DNA of 64,000 bases, from positions 1 to 64,000 of the forward strand of contig JBEWZL010000282.1 of the NCBI GenBank assembly GCA_045837725.1, read 5' to 3'. Each line of letters opens with the position of its first letter. The stretch's first letter is position 1. Source of the DNA: Vermamoeba vermiformis. Its lineage: Eukaryota. Both the position numbers and the translations under genes were made by a program. A model generated the notes under the pieces. The model ran no database searches and had not been told where the DNA came from. It saw only the letters and a program-made list of their open reading frames with translations. Shown here one piece after another: positions 38,101 to 52,063 of this stretch.

Positions 38101-39689
38101 CACATGAGTTATAGGCGATATGGTGAATCGCTTCGGCAAGTACATCTTTGAGAACGGTGAAGTGTACGAGGGCATGTGGCGCGAAGGCAAAATGCACGGC
38201 CGCGGACGATTGGAATGGTTTGACAGCGTGTACGAGGGTGACTTCGAATACGGCTTGCGTACTGGCAACGGTACATTGAAGTACACCAGCGATCAGACCT
38301 ACACTGGTGCTTGGAAGACTGGCAGACCTCGTAAGTACACGCGTGTCCGGATGTGGATCCTAACTTTCGCAAAGAGCGATTGCTTACTAATAATCATATA
38401 GATGGCCAAGGTACATTGACTTATGGCAATGGCGACAAATATGTTGGTGAATGGAAGGACGGCAAGAAGCACGGAAGTGTAAGTTCGATCCGGATCCGAT
38501 CAATTTTTTGGTTGTGTGCTTACCGTTGCTTTACTAGGGTACTATGCTCTATATTACTGGCGATAAATATGAAGGTGAATGGCGCAATGACTACGCTAAC
38601 GGCCTCGGCAAGTTGACGTTGGTGACCGGCTTGATCTACGACGGAGATTGGCAAGACAGCAAAGTACGACCTCATAGCACTATTATATGCATATTTAAAT
38701 ATTAACCTAACGTTAATTTGTGTTTAGTTCAACGGTCAAGGCAAGCTGGTCTATCCCAACGGCGGCAAATACAACGGCATGTTTGCAGCGAGTGCGCGCA
38801 GTGGCCGAGGTCAAATGATTTATCCTGACGGCTCCGAGTACAACGGCGAGTGGCGCGATGATAGAGTAAGTACTGCTGTAATTGATGACTATATTACGAT
38901 CAAATTTGATTTGGTTTCCCATCTCTTAAGTGAATATATAACACCGCTCAGAAACACACGATATGTAAAATATTCTTTTTTGTTCCTGGTTTTTTTTTCT
39001 CAATTCCCGCCAATTTACTTTTCCAATGTTTATCCCTGTACGGATACTAATGATGATTTTTTATTGTAGCGCCAAGGCATCGGTAAATTCAACTCTATGG
39101 AAGGGTTTGAATACGATGGTGAGTGGAAAGATGATCGCAAAGAAGGTCGCGGCAAAATGAAGTACGTCGATGGATCTGTTTACGAAGGCATCTGGAAGGA
39201 CGACAAGGTACGGAGTTAATACTATAATGCTGCCTATACGTGTACTAATGTTGTTATTATAGCCTCACGGCACTGGTGTGTTCACTTCAAAGGGCTATTT
39301 GAAGCGGTACGAAGGTGACTTTATCGCGGGTCATCGTCAAGGCCACGGCGTTGCTTACTTTGAAAATGGCGATAAATATGACGGCGAATTCAAAGACAAT
39401 GTCGTAAGTAGACCTCTATTTTCAACTAAAAACAAGAAAAGTGAGTGGATGCCGATCTGAATCTGACAATTTTTTTCAGTTTAACGGAGTTGGCAAGTAT
39501 ATATATGCCAATGGTACTATTGTTGAAGGCAAGTGGGTCCGCGGAGTACGCGATGGTCGTACGACAGTGACTAGTCCTAAAAAGGAATCCAACACATTCG
39601 ATGAAGAGTCACTGAGCTCACTTTATATTATTCCGCCGTCTTTACCGCTGTTCGATGATCCATTGGTCAATTTCATCAACATGAATTGA
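35155..39689 (+). CDS. SH3, Pro-rich, RhoGEF (DH-PH) and multiple-MORN protein (alsin-like core)
   Basis: SH3 ALYKFVPENEEELDL...GYFPAAYVEE; DH ITPIQRIPRYSLLL; PH HFILFSDVL; more than ten YEGxWxxGxxHGxG MORN repeats. Confidence 0.9.
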
Positions 39690-40231
39690 AGAAGTTTATT
39701 TAGCCAAACAATGTACAATAAAAAAACCTTATCCAAAGCTGTGGCAAGGTCTGTAAGCAACGCATCTAAGTTGCTCTTTGACCAGATTTTGTGCGTCGAG
39801 TAGGCCCCTGTATATTCGCAGGGTAAGTTGCAAGCGTATTCATCCAAGTCAGAACTGCCTTCAATATGCTTCGACATTTCTCGGTGCAAATTTTCACAAT
39901 AAAACAACTGATGCAGGGAATTCTAAGCATGTTGATGATCATTTACCAATGTTTTGACTCTGTAGCGCCGGAGACTACACAGCAAAGACACTGTCGGACA
40001 GATCAAACTTGATATGTCGATGCTGTTCGACGAGAAGCTAAAGTAATAGTTTTTTGGCAATAGCGTGCACCAATCGAGCAGCGAGCAAGTGAACGAGTAA
40101 TGCGAGATTTTGCTCTTTGGAGGTCGCGTACTCGATTATTTGCAGTTTAAGTCCGTGCACATAATTTTAACTTTCAATTTTCAAAAATGGATTTATGAAC
40201 GTATCTACAAGGTTATGTTATTTTCTGGCGA

Positions 40232-42195
40232 TTAGAAGAATAGAGAAGCCAACACAGCAATGGCGCCGAGAATGGAAGCGCTGGCAAAGGAAGCGGATGA
40301 GGTAGGAGCATCAGCTTGAGGAGGAGCAGAATCGAGGTCGAGAGTTGAGGTAGTATTGTATTCAGCCCAAGCAGCGAATGAACACGAGTGGTCAAATGTA
40401 GCCTTGCAAGCACCAGGGATGTAGATCCTGTTGCAGCAACGAAGATCGGCGTTGTGTTGCAAGTCGCAGTAGTTGAGGTAAAGATTAGCAAATGATTGAG
40501 GAATGCAACCGCCCAAATTATTGAAGGCAAAGCTGAGTGTAGTAATGTTCTTCAAGTTGCCAATGTCGGGGATCTCGCCGCTAAATTTGTTGCCTTGCAT
40601 AAGCCTGCGTATTTTCATTAGTTATGAATATAATCGAGTAATATATATCGAATACTTACAGAGACTTCAAGCTCTTGAGGTTAGAGAACGAGCTGGGGAT
40701 ATTTCCGGAGAATTGGTTGTAGTGCAAGTGCAACTCTTGCAAGCGAGGCAATTCACCGAGTCTAGCAGTAAGGCAACCAGAGAGTTGATTATAGAATACC
40801 AAACTGTATAAGGAAGGTTAGCTCAGTTAAATTTCGAGTCAGATGTGGTTGCTCGTACATTGTAACCAAGTTAGTGGCGTCACCAATAGCGTCAGGGATA
40901 GAACCAGTCATGTTATTGTTGTTCATAATACTAAGAAAGAATATTAAAGCGTATTCTACAATATTTCAAGCAAGATCTACTTACAATCGCTTCAATTTCT
41001 TAGCGGATCCGATAGTGGCGGGGATAGAACCGACAATCTCGCAAGAAAGAGCATCGAAATCTTCGAGCTTAGTCAAAGCGGTGAACAACCAGTCGGGGAG
41101 GTTAGTCTTCAAAGGGTTATAGTGGAGTTGCCTAATTAAAATTTTCAGTTAATATTTTAGATCTCGATCCCGCATTGTGAATCACGCTGAAAGCTTACAA
41201 TTGAATAAGGTTGGTCAAAACGCTCCAGTTGGAAGGAATAGGACCGCTCCAATTGTTCTTACCGAGAACCCTACAAAAAACAAATCAGGATCAAGATCCG
41301 CTGAAAAAAACACACAAGTATAATCGTTGCTTACAAGTATTGGAGGTTAGTCAACTTGCTAAATTCAGCAGGCAAAGGAGCACCGTTGCCTAGTTGGTTG
41401 TCGCGAACGTTACTAGAGACAATAAAAGTTAATAAACAGAACGGAAAGTTTCCAACGCATCCAGAGTTGGAGCTCTTGCGCACGCGTATCTTATTAAGAA
41501 GAGCTACTTACAAAATCTTGAGCATGTTCAAGTCGTACAAAGACGCGGGGATAGTGCCAGTAAAAGCATTTCCTTCGAGGTTACTAAAAGTTTGTTAGAT
41601 CCGCTTGTTTTTCCGTAAATAACTAATAAAATGCTTACAATGCCTGCAATCCGGTCAATAAACCGAGTTCATTGGGCAAAGTACCCGAGAGATCGTTGTT
41701 GCTGAGATCCCTAAATACATCCATTAGTCACCGTATTTCGCCGAAGACCGGACTCAAAATGACTTACAATAAGACTAAATTGGTCAAATTTCCGATAGCA
41801 GCAGGAATAGTGCCCGTAAGACCAACTTGGAGAGACCTGGATTCGGATCAAAAAGTTAGCGTTGCTCTAAATAAACAGCAGATAACGCGCCGGCGATAAA
41901 AAGTACTTTTTAACGAAATGAATAATGCGAATAAATTCAACTTACAACAAAGTGATTTGGTTGTTAGCGCAGATCAAGCCTTGGAATGAAGAGCAAGCAG
42001 AGGCGACGTTGTTGATGTTCCAAGACTCGGGCAAGTTTTGCCACGAGTTAATCATAGCAGTTAATGCGTCGATTTCTTGCTCTGATTGAGCTAGAGCGGA
42101 TCCGATCAGGAAAAATGCGAAGATTGTTGCAATGAGCTGGAAAGTTAAGATTAGTAACGGTATTATACACTGATAAGGTCCTATAATACCTTCAT
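40232..42195 (-). CDS. Secreted, probably GPI-anchored plant-type LRR surface protein, 11 exons
   Basis: Signal peptide MK/LIATIFAFFLIGSALA; repeats such as LDLSNNDLSGTLPNELG and NNLGGCIP; Cys-containing cap, S/T/P stalk and hydrophobic C-terminus. Confidence 0.85.
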
Positions 42196-43080
42196 AATGA
42201 ATGAGCTTTAGTTTTGGTTGTTTTGTTGAGTGGTTATCAACTGATTGTTGTTTGTTTGAATGAATTGAAAGACGTTCTGAACGACGCTATTTATCCTCGT
42301 CGTGGCAAGAAAATATCGCTCACATTTAGGATATTAAGCGCTGAGATTTAGCGGTTTTAGTTTGGTTCTGGTGTCGACACTTTCCATATATGGTAACAAA
42401 AACCAGTTCGCGTTATAAACTGTCAGTAATTGCACGTATATTCATGAATAACGTAAAAATTAAAATAGTGAATCATTTGAATATTAGTGAATAATGCTGA
42501 TTCACGTCCGGTGTTCAAAGAACGCACCGGATCTTGATCTGCAATTTTGATATTCGGTCTGCGATAGACCTCGATAGAATAACCATTGTTAAAATATGTA
42601 CATTTTTAGAGCATATTAGCAGAAACTAAATCAATAGAGAAGAATGAACGGGTAGATTCAACGTTTGTTAAGTGAACGTTTCAGCTAGGAGGATACCCGC
42701 ATGATAATTTCAACGAACTATGCAGCAATTATATGAATTTTTTTTGCAAAAGGCAGGTTGTATTTTGTGAAGAGAGTTTGGTAAAGGATTTGATCGGATA
42801 TGAAACTTGACTAATTATTCGCCACTTCGCAGATTTAAATATTTAGCATTTTACAATCATATATTTAGTTTATATTAATTAAATCACTCAACACAACATG
42901 ATCACGTACCTTTTTTGCAACAGATCTATGTCCATTTTTGATATCCGTGCCCTGGTTAAGAACCTGTTTAAATTGATCATTGACATTTATGCATTTGCTT
43001 TCAGTTGTGCATGGCTTGAAATAAAATTTTACTGTTAATCCGCTCGTTGGGACACGTTTACCACACGGACCAAATTTAAT

Positions 43081-46000
43081 ATGAGTAAACGGCACGCAGA
43101 TTATGAAGTTGATCATAGAGATAGCAAGAAGCCTCGGATTGACCAAGTAAGCATCATAATTAAGCTTCAAAATTGCATTTGCTAATTCAGGCAATTATTT
43201 AGAACGAAGATGTAACAATGTCGCTTGCCTTGAATATGGCAATCGAAGGTATTTATTGGTTTCAGATAATTTTCGTAATTTTTAAAAATACCAGGTTGTG
43301 ATTAAACTTTTTCTGTTTCAGATCCGCTCCATTTTGACATTGAGAGTCTTCCGTTAGATATCCTCGGCAACCTAATATTCAGATGTTTTCCGTTTGAGTA
43401 TTGGCTCCAAAATTTCGTTTCTGTAAACAAACGTTGGTACCAAGCCGCGATCCAATCCAGCGCCGAAAAGCAATTGATTATAAATGGAAACAACGAAAAG
43501 CAGATATTCAAGTGCTATTCAATAGCATCTCGGTTCAAAATTACGGCAGTTACAGTGACGAACGAAGCCCTGTCCGTCGGCCGTTTAGCCGCGTTACTGA
43601 ATTCCTCACCAAGACTTCACACGTACGCACAATTCCGCGGAAGTGACAGTGATTCTATCAACATAACATTTCCGTTCATGAAAACGGTATACGGGCACAG
43701 CTCTTGGCTCAAAAGATTTCCAAACGCGACGCGAGTTCAATTAATTGACAGTTTCTTCGACTTTCATTCGCAGTTCCCAAGCGTAGAAGAACTAGCCATT
43801 AACGAAACTGACGACATTAAGCAACTATTAACGACTTTCCCGTCGCTAAAAGTATTGCACATCGCTGAAATTTCCAAAGAGCAACTAGACGTGATACCTT
43901 CGACCATTCAAGTTTGTCTCACGCCGTCAACAGATGACAACAGAAATTGGTGGAAATATTATTCGTACGATCAAGTATGGGGAAATGATTACCTCAGAAC
44001 GCCGTTAGAGTACCTAATGACTATACACCAAGATGATAGCAAAATTGAAGAAACTGCAAAGCGAACCTCAGTAGAATACGAACGCAACATAAAACGCCGC
44101 TGCTACGAGTATAAATTTCCGCTAGTTTCTTTAGATCCAACTACAAGTTCTTTACTTTGTTCTTCAGATGTGCTGAAGCATGCTTGGTTCGACCTTTACA
44201 GCGCACCAGATGACCCAAAAAAACTACGACTTTACGCCACTTACATGCCGCCAATGGATGCTCTACGAATGCTAATGAAGAAAAATCAACAGCAACTCGT
44301 TGATGAATTTCTAAATACACATTCAAACGAACTGTTCGAAGAAATGACTCCAGATCTGTTCTCCGAATTAGTCTTATCTTGCGATGCAACAAAGTTGAGT
44401 CAAGCATTCACACGAGAACAACTGGCGGAGATCATGAAGCGTAAAGACAGTAACGGAACATTGGCAATATACTTAGTTTTCGAAAACAAAAGTCCAACAG
44501 TTCTATTGCAGGCCATCAAGAACTTTGGAGAGTTGCCGAGTGACTGGCCAGTAGATGGTACAGTGTTTGATATCGCCGCGGACAGAAGAAGTGTGGATTG
44601 GATGAAGTTTTTAATCACGACAGGTGTCAAATTTGATATTACAAAGATATTCAAAAGGCTTAAACCGATAGAAGACCTGTCCGATCTTCAAGAAATTATA
44701 CGTTCAATCGATAAAGAGAAAGCTTACGCGGGCCAAACAAACTGGCTATTTGACTCAGATTGGTGGCAAACAGGCGCGATTAGCGCAAATCTGATCGATT
44801 TTTTTGTCAGCGAATTCAAATATGATCTTAACACAGCTAAACAAGAAGACGAAGAAAACTCGAAAAGACAATCATTTATGCTCCATTTAATGCATGCTGT
44901 AATTAAGGACGATACCTACACTGGCTTAAGTACGCTTAGTACCATCGTTAAAAAATACAACCTTGACATCAACCAACAAGATGAGGACGGCGAGACACCA
45001 ATACTTGTAGCAATAGATCGATACAGATTATCGGAGCTGAAGTGGCTTCTCGACAACGGTGCGAAGCCTTCTTCACCCAAAGGCACACAACCATTGCACG
45101 TTGTGATGTCAGTGCCAAAAAAAGGCCCCCGCAGACCCAGCTTGGAGACGCTAGAATTTGCAGATATTTTGCTTGCATATGGCGCTGACATTAATGCGTA
45201 CAGTTTTTACGACCACAACAAAAAACAAGCTACAGCGCTGATGAATGCAGCGAAAAATAATCAACCGATTGAAGTCATTGAATATCTGATTGCACGTGGT
45301 GCTAGGACTGATATGACAGGCAGTCGCGGCCAGACATTAATTCATTATGCAGTTCGTTCACAGAACCCTGATTTGATTAGATTCTTTGCCAAGTACGTTG
45401 ATATCAACAAAGTAGATGACGAGAACTGTTCTCCGCTTCACCTGGCTGGAAAGTATCAAGAAACAGAATCCTTCACAACGCTTTTGAAACTCGGTGCAGA
45501 CGTCAATCAAGTTCGACGTGGTCTCACGCAGTTAATGCGAGCGTGCTTGTGGGGCCATTATGCACTGATAGCAGAGCTGATCAAATTTAACGTGAATTAT
45601 CAAGCGGTTAATGAACAAGGTCACTCGTTTGTGCACTTTTTATTGAAACATCAACAACAAGGAAATGGAATTAGCCTCAACGAATGTACGTAGATAATCG
45701 TTATTTGTAACTGAAACGAAACGAGACTAATTCATCTACTTATAGCTAATTTGCTTGTGACGATTAAAGAGAGCGTTGCAACAATGAAAAACGAAGACAT
45801 CAAATTCATTATCGGTGAAGTGAAGAAATACCTGGAAATGGCTAAACAAGACCAGACATTATTCATGAACATCTTCCGCCTATTGCAGATCACACGTGAT
45901 TTTAGCGGAATTTCTCATCGAACACGTGGGTCTTGATATCAACACTCAGGACTTGACCGGCAATGTCTTGTTGAGCTATCCGATGGACAAAGAGGTATTA

Positions 46001-46144
46001 AACTACTTGCTAACTAAGAACCCCAATGTCAACATTCCAAACATGTACGGCGAAACGCCGGTGATGTTGGCGAAAGAGAGATGCGATTCAAGGCCTGTTG
46101 TCAAAGCGCTAATTGAACAAAGCAAGAAGTGCCAAGATATTTAA
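43081..46144 (+). CDS. F-box-like, LRR-like and ankyrin repeat protein (paralogue 1)
   Basis: Basic exon 1 MSKRHADYEVDHRDSKKPRIDQ; F-box-like SLPLDILGNLIF...VNKRWYQA; ankyrin GETPILVA, GQTLIHYA, CSPLHLA. +1 frameshift at ~45877. Confidence 0.8.
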
Positions 46145-46685
46145 CGGACGAGTTTCCCGATGAAATCTCAGAGGGTAATTTTGTCCGCACAACTTCGGCA
46201 TTTTGCCGCTCCTTTAGTAAACTGCAGCTTTCTGGCTGGCCAGCCATTTTTTTCGTGCAAACCAAAGGATCAAACTAATTGTAACATTAATGAACTGGAG
46301 CTGTTAACTGTGGCGCGTGCGGACATGTAGAAGATTAGGTTTGGCAAACCAGCGTAGCGAATTATCGCCAACTTCTCCTTATCCAAAGCTTCGCATTTAG
46401 TAAGTCAACGGCCTTCTTGCCTTAGTTGTTCCGCGGTACAGGATCACAATTCTAATGTATAACTTTAAATTCTTTTTGAAACCGGCTTGGATCTTCTTTC
46501 GATCTCCCTTTCACGGCATAGTTTAAAGCCTAATTTTGACATGGTCAGATATCAATTTGGATTTCTATTAAATATAAAAGATACGGCATCACGTGGGTTC
46601 AACGGTGGCGAGCATAAATAGCGAAACAGTTTCTATTCATTAATCACCTACCAAACATAACGCAGCACAACAATTACTGCCCAAT

Positions 46686-47380
46686 ATGATGTACTTCCTC
46701 GCATTCATGCTCTTCGTTGCAACGCTAACGCCCAGCTACGCACAAATGTCTTGCAGCTGTACGTGCTGTGTTGGCATTAACTGCTCTCCTTCAAACGTTG
46801 GCAGTGCCTCCGCTTCGGACTGCAATAGCTGCGACGCCGCCTGTAGTTCAGCGTACTCTTCGTGCCCTTCATCTGGACAAAGCGGAACTGTCTCGACCAG
46901 CTGCTCATCTGGCGGCGGATCTCCACCTCCATCGACTTCAGGTACGACATCATTATATGAATGTCTATAAATATTCGTTTATTAACATCTATCGATATAG
47001 CTAACTGGGCTGGAACTTACTCGGTTGCCGCCGGATGCGACACTAATACGTGCTGTTGCTTGACTGGAGATGTCGTTGTCACTCAATCCGGTCTTGATAT
47101 CTCCATCACTGGCAGCGTTGAAGGAAACTGCGGCGGAGTTACTTCATGGAATCCTCGCTTTACTCTGAGCAGCTCAACTACTACATCCGCCTCTTTTTCG
47201 TATTTGGGCGACAGCTACCAAGTATCTAAGAACGGCAACCAAGTCACCGTCAACAATTTGTCTGATTCTCGATGCTCCGGACAAGGCACCTGCACTAGCG
47301 GTCCTTGCAGTTCAGCTTCTCTCAAATCCGCTTCTATTTTTGCCATTTTGACTGTCGTCGCCGGACTGTTAGTATTTTAA
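46686..47380 (+). CDS. Small Cys/Ser-rich secreted, probably GPI-anchored protein (2 exons)
   Basis: Signal peptide, CSCTCC and CDTNTCCC motifs, hydrophobic C-terminus IFAILTVVAGLLVF. Confidence 0.8.
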
Positions 47381-47786
47381 ATGCTCAAGGTTTCGCATTT
47401 CGTATTACAATTCATTGCGCAAAAATAGCAATAATAAAGAGATTTTGATAAAATTTTAATCCGCTTCAAAAAATGCGAATTAATATTTTGGATTATTTTA
47501 ATGGCTGCTATAATATACTTAAATTTTAGCAACGCAATCTGGCTTTGCAGGAAAAATAGCTTACTAAGCGAAGGAAAAATTCGAAACGGATACAGATTCA
47601 CACAAGAAAAGGCACCAGCTATACCTACTTGCAGCTATACTAAAATAACGCAGCCATAGAAGACGATAATTTAAGATACAGAGGCTTGTGGTTGTGGTTG
47701 TGGTAGGAAAGGTGTTGTTGAAAAAGTTCGAAATAAAAGCGAGTTCTGCACAGAAAACAACAACACGAACAATTAATTTGCCTTCG

Positions 47787-50700
47787 ATGAGAAAAAGACG
47801 GGCTACCAGTGATAATAATCGTCGCAGTAATAAAAAACGCAGAACAGATAACGTATGTGGAGCTCGATCTTTTGTAACGGTAATTTTTTTCTTAATTTAA
47901 AATTCAGAATGAGGAAAAAATCGCTCTTTGTCTACAAATACGACCATGGAAGGTATATTTCATATTTTTAGCTATTTTTGAATTATTTTAAAATTAATTC
48001 GGATCAGATCCCCAATCCTTTGAAATGGCGAATCTTCCCTTGGAGATTTTAGGCAACCTAATATTCAAATACTTCACCTTCGACTATTGGCTTAAATCTT
48101 TGAGCTATGTCAGCAAGCAATGGTATCAAGCAGCGATCCAATCAAACGCAGACAAGCAATTATTTATTGTTGCCCCGAAGGAGAGCGAACTTCACAAGTA
48201 TTATATCATAGCAGCGCGATATAAAGTCACTGCAATTATATTGAGGCTGATCAACAAGATATCTATTGGTCGGTTAGCCGGACTTCTCAGTTCCTCACCA
48301 AAGCTTCATACTTTCGTGTATCCGCAGCATGATGTCTTGGGCGCTTACTCCAAACACTCTACATTGAAATTTCCCTTCATAAAGACGGCGTTTGTGCACA
48401 GCAGCTTACTCACGAGGTTTCCCAACGCAACTCGGGTACAACTGGCGGATGACAGCGTCTTTTGGGACTCAACGGAGCTATTTCCGAATGTAGAAGAGTT
48501 AGCTGTTCAAAAAATAATAGATACAATGCCAAGCATATTAAAAGGATTCCCGTCACTCAAAGTACTGCACATCGGAGAGATAACGGACAAGGACAAGAAA
48601 TTAGTTCGGAAACAACAAGTTGAAGTTAGGATCAGTTCCATGGAAGACAACAAAGATTGGCGAAAATATTATTCACTCGATCAATTATGGGGATCTGATC
48701 TATATTGGTCGCTAATGGAACACGCTACGGAATGTTACGTGACGAAATACACAGCGAAAAAACCGCATCCGTCAGTAGAATATGAAATCGGATTATTAGA
48801 GCGCCACGAAGATTATCAGTTTCCAGCAATTACAGATTTCATTCCAGACGTATTTTGTCGGCGCAGATCAGTAGCTTGTTCGACGGCAGAACCACCAGTC
48901 TATTTTTGCAAACACTTAGCATTAGAGTTTGAACTGACGCATATGCTCCTTCAAGAAGACAAAAAAGGCATTAAAAGACTGCTGCAAACAAAATCTCAGC
49001 AATTATTCAATGCTATGAAACCACCCGTATTCGCCGGTTTGATTAAAATTGTTGCAGCATCGGAGTTGAAGAAAGTTTACAGCAAAGAGCAATTAGAACG
49101 CATGATGAAGCTTCGTGATCACAATGGAACGATAGTTCAAAGTTTCATCGCTCTGAATTATGACACGGAAGATCTCGACAAAGCGATCGAAAATTTCGGG
49201 CCTTTACCTGAAGGCTGGCAGACCGTAGAAACGAACTCAAAAATCTCATTAGTCCAATTAGCGGGAAATCTCGAGAGATATGATTGGATCGAGTACCTTG
49301 TCAATAATGGAGTCAAAATCGACATCACCAAATTCTTCCTACACGCCTCCAACGAAGCAGAAGACGATAATATGAGAAAAATTCAAAATATAATTCGGTT
49401 AACTCACAAAAAGAACGCTTATTTGACGAAAACGAATTGGCTCTTCGACTCAGATTGGTCAATCCTAGAAACGGAATCAAAGATACAACTTATTGATTTT
49501 TTCGTGGAAGAATTCAAAATCAATCTCAACGAAGCTAAACAAGACGATGAATTCAATGCTAACTGCGAAATATCGTTTGTTAACCATTTGATCGAAAGCA
49601 TGTGGTCAACAGATCTGGAATTATTTAATCACGTCTGGGAGAAATACAAACTTGATATTAATAGAATTGATGGCAATAGATTAACACCATTATTAACGGC
49701 AATACAACAGAGGATGCCGGATATAGTTGTTTCGCTGCTTGAAAAAGGCGCGGCAACAAATTTGCCGAAAAGTAATCTGCCGTTATATCTCACAGTTGCA
49801 GACCTCAAAAAAGATGTCTATGAGTATATAGATACCTTGCTAGCATATGGCGCAGACATCAATGAATATTGCGACGATGATGTTGAAGGATGCAGCGCCA
49901 CAGCATTATTGATGGCTATTGATAAGAACCAGCCATTAGGAGTCATCAAATATCTCATTGTACGAGGAGCAAAGGCAGATCTAGTTGACAGCGATGGTCT
50001 TACTGCGATGCATTACGCTGCCATTAATGGAAGACCGGATCTGGTGCAATTCCTCGCCAAGTACGTGGACGTCAACAAAGTCGATAAAGAGGGCACGTCG
50101 GCACTACATTATACCGTCGATACATATGTGGACAGTCTCGCAACTATTGAAGCACTTTTGAAGCACGGAGCGGACGTGAATCAAGTTGACGAATCGTCAA
50201 TGACTCCGTTGATGAAGGCGTGTTCCAGGTCTCGAATAGAAACTATTGAAGAACTTTTAAAACACAACGTCGATATCAAAGCACGTGACAGAGATGGAAG
50301 GTCTTTTGTGTACCACTTGGCTCGTAATCTGAAAAATGCCCAGAAGTTCAGTTCGAAAGGTATGCGATCCCAATAAGCGAATACATATTAATTACTACGT
50401 TTAGAACAATTGCTGAAGAAAATTAAGCACCTAATGACCGACGATAACATTGCGTTTGTTATTGAAGACGCTAAGCAAGTGTTAGCACAAGCCACAAAAG
50501 AATCAGGCATACTTTTGAATAACATCTTCAATCTGTGCACATCGTCACTGTTCTTTGCGGAATTTCTCATCGAGCACGTGGGCTTCAACATCGACACGCA
50601 AAACTCCAAGGGTGATGTGTCGCTGAGCTATCCGATGAACAAAGATGTGTTCGACTACTTGATGACGAAGAACCCGAACGTTAATATACAGAACAGTAAG

Positions 50701-50811
50701 GGGAATACTCCAGTGATGTTTTACCAAAAGAGGAATAATAATAGCGAAACACACAAGGAGATGCTGGATGCGCTGATTGAGCAAAGCAAAAAACATCCAG
50801 CTCTAGCTTAA
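47787..50811 (+). CDS. F-box-like, LRR-like and ankyrin repeat protein (paralogue 2)
   Basis: Collinear with 43081-46144, including intron positions. NLPLEILGNLIF, GLTAMHYA, MTPLMKA. Exon 2 is 1 nt short in an A-run (~47915-47920); an alternative ATG lies at 47946. Confidence 0.8.
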
Positions 50812-50979
50812 TATATTAAATATTAAACTATGTTTGGAGTAAAGATAAAACGTTTTGAATCCGCACCGAACGGTTGGGTCATTTGTCGTCTACTATGAAT
50901 ACATCGTTTATTATTCACTTTTGATATTTTTATCAAATTATTAACAAATATTATTTTCGCTCGGTTATGTTTTCAGATC

Positions 50980-51918
50980 TTATTCAAAATCAAGTCCGGT
51001 TTGAACTTTCTTCTTCATATGCTTGGGCAATTGGAACTCGCCGTAGATGTCTTGACCAGGCAAAGGAGGGTGAGGCAAGGGCTTGGGGAAGTCAGCTGGA
51101 ACTGCGGCCAGATCGTCTTTCATGGCGTGCGCTTGCAGTTCAGCGGGCAGTTGCGTGAAGGCCACACGAGCCAGTCTGAGTCTGTGAGCCTTGCCTCCTT
51201 GGTCTCTGCATAATAACAGGCCAGTTAGACATGTACATTGGTTGAGCTCATTCCTCAGATAATTATAAATGCTAGAATATGTTTGAAAAGTCGACGGATC
51301 CGATCTGATCTGTTGCGTCTCAGATCGAACAGAAAGTGTCTTATTGAATATTTTCCTCGTGCACTCGCGTATATATATAACGTTTATAATTATTTTACCA
51401 TTATTAATCACATCAACTTACGCCTTGTGAAGAGCCAAGCAGTTACGGTTGTACATCTTGTTAATTTCATTGGCTTCTTTATAGTCTTCGTCAGTACGTT
51501 GAATTGGCTTAATTTCGGGACGCATAACCTTGCCTATTAAGTCATTCGGGTTAATAAAGCAAACCTAGCCCAGATGAAATCCGCTTGCAAAAAAATTCTA
51601 CACTGGGTTAATTTAAATAAATAAATTATGAATAATGGCATTTAAATTATACATATGATATCGGTATATTATTCTATAATTTTAAAAATCGTCTAATATT
51701 TTTAATTAATTACCAAATCGTTCCCACATCTTCATTAGTCTGTTTTGTTCAGTCAAACCATCAGTTCCTTTCTTATCAGTTTTCTTTTTCTTAAATCCAG
51801 TTTGTTTGGGTGCATCATCAGTGCCTCTGACAAACATTGGTCTCGTGCCAAACAGATTAGATCGCTTGTTCAGCGATCGAGTAACCTGGCGCAAATTGAC
51901 CTTAGTAATAAGCGACAT
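50980..51918 (-). CDS. MRPL40: Probable mitochondrial ribosomal protein mL40
   Basis: Basic presequence-like N-terminus, 3 exons. C-terminal AFTQLPAELQAHAMKDDLAAVPADFPKPLPHPP resembles the mL40 LPxELxxxAxxxDxxxxP...PP motif. Confidence 0.55.
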
Positions 51919-52063
51919 ATTGCTAGTAGACTCTGTATAAATAATAAACTACTCTCAGAACCACTCGCTTGCCTAAAAAAATCAAAAATAAAGTTGATAA
52001 AATAAAAGTGGGTTGTAACACCAGTTTTTCGCAAGTTAGCGGCTGTTATGTAATGTATCAACC

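Noticed and set aside
39780-40046. Possible orphan last exon (RRRLHSKDTVGQIKLDMSMLFDEKLK*)
   Set aside because: No coherent upstream exons or start found between the flanking genes.
42865-43194. 109-aa minus-strand ORF
   Set aside because: It overlaps the promoter and first exon of the ankyrin gene on the other strand and has no recognisable motif.
46580-46625. GGTTCAA T-loop-like motif suggesting a tRNA
   Set aside because: No cloverleaf or acceptor stem could be formed. No tRNA or rRNA was recognised anywhere in the window.
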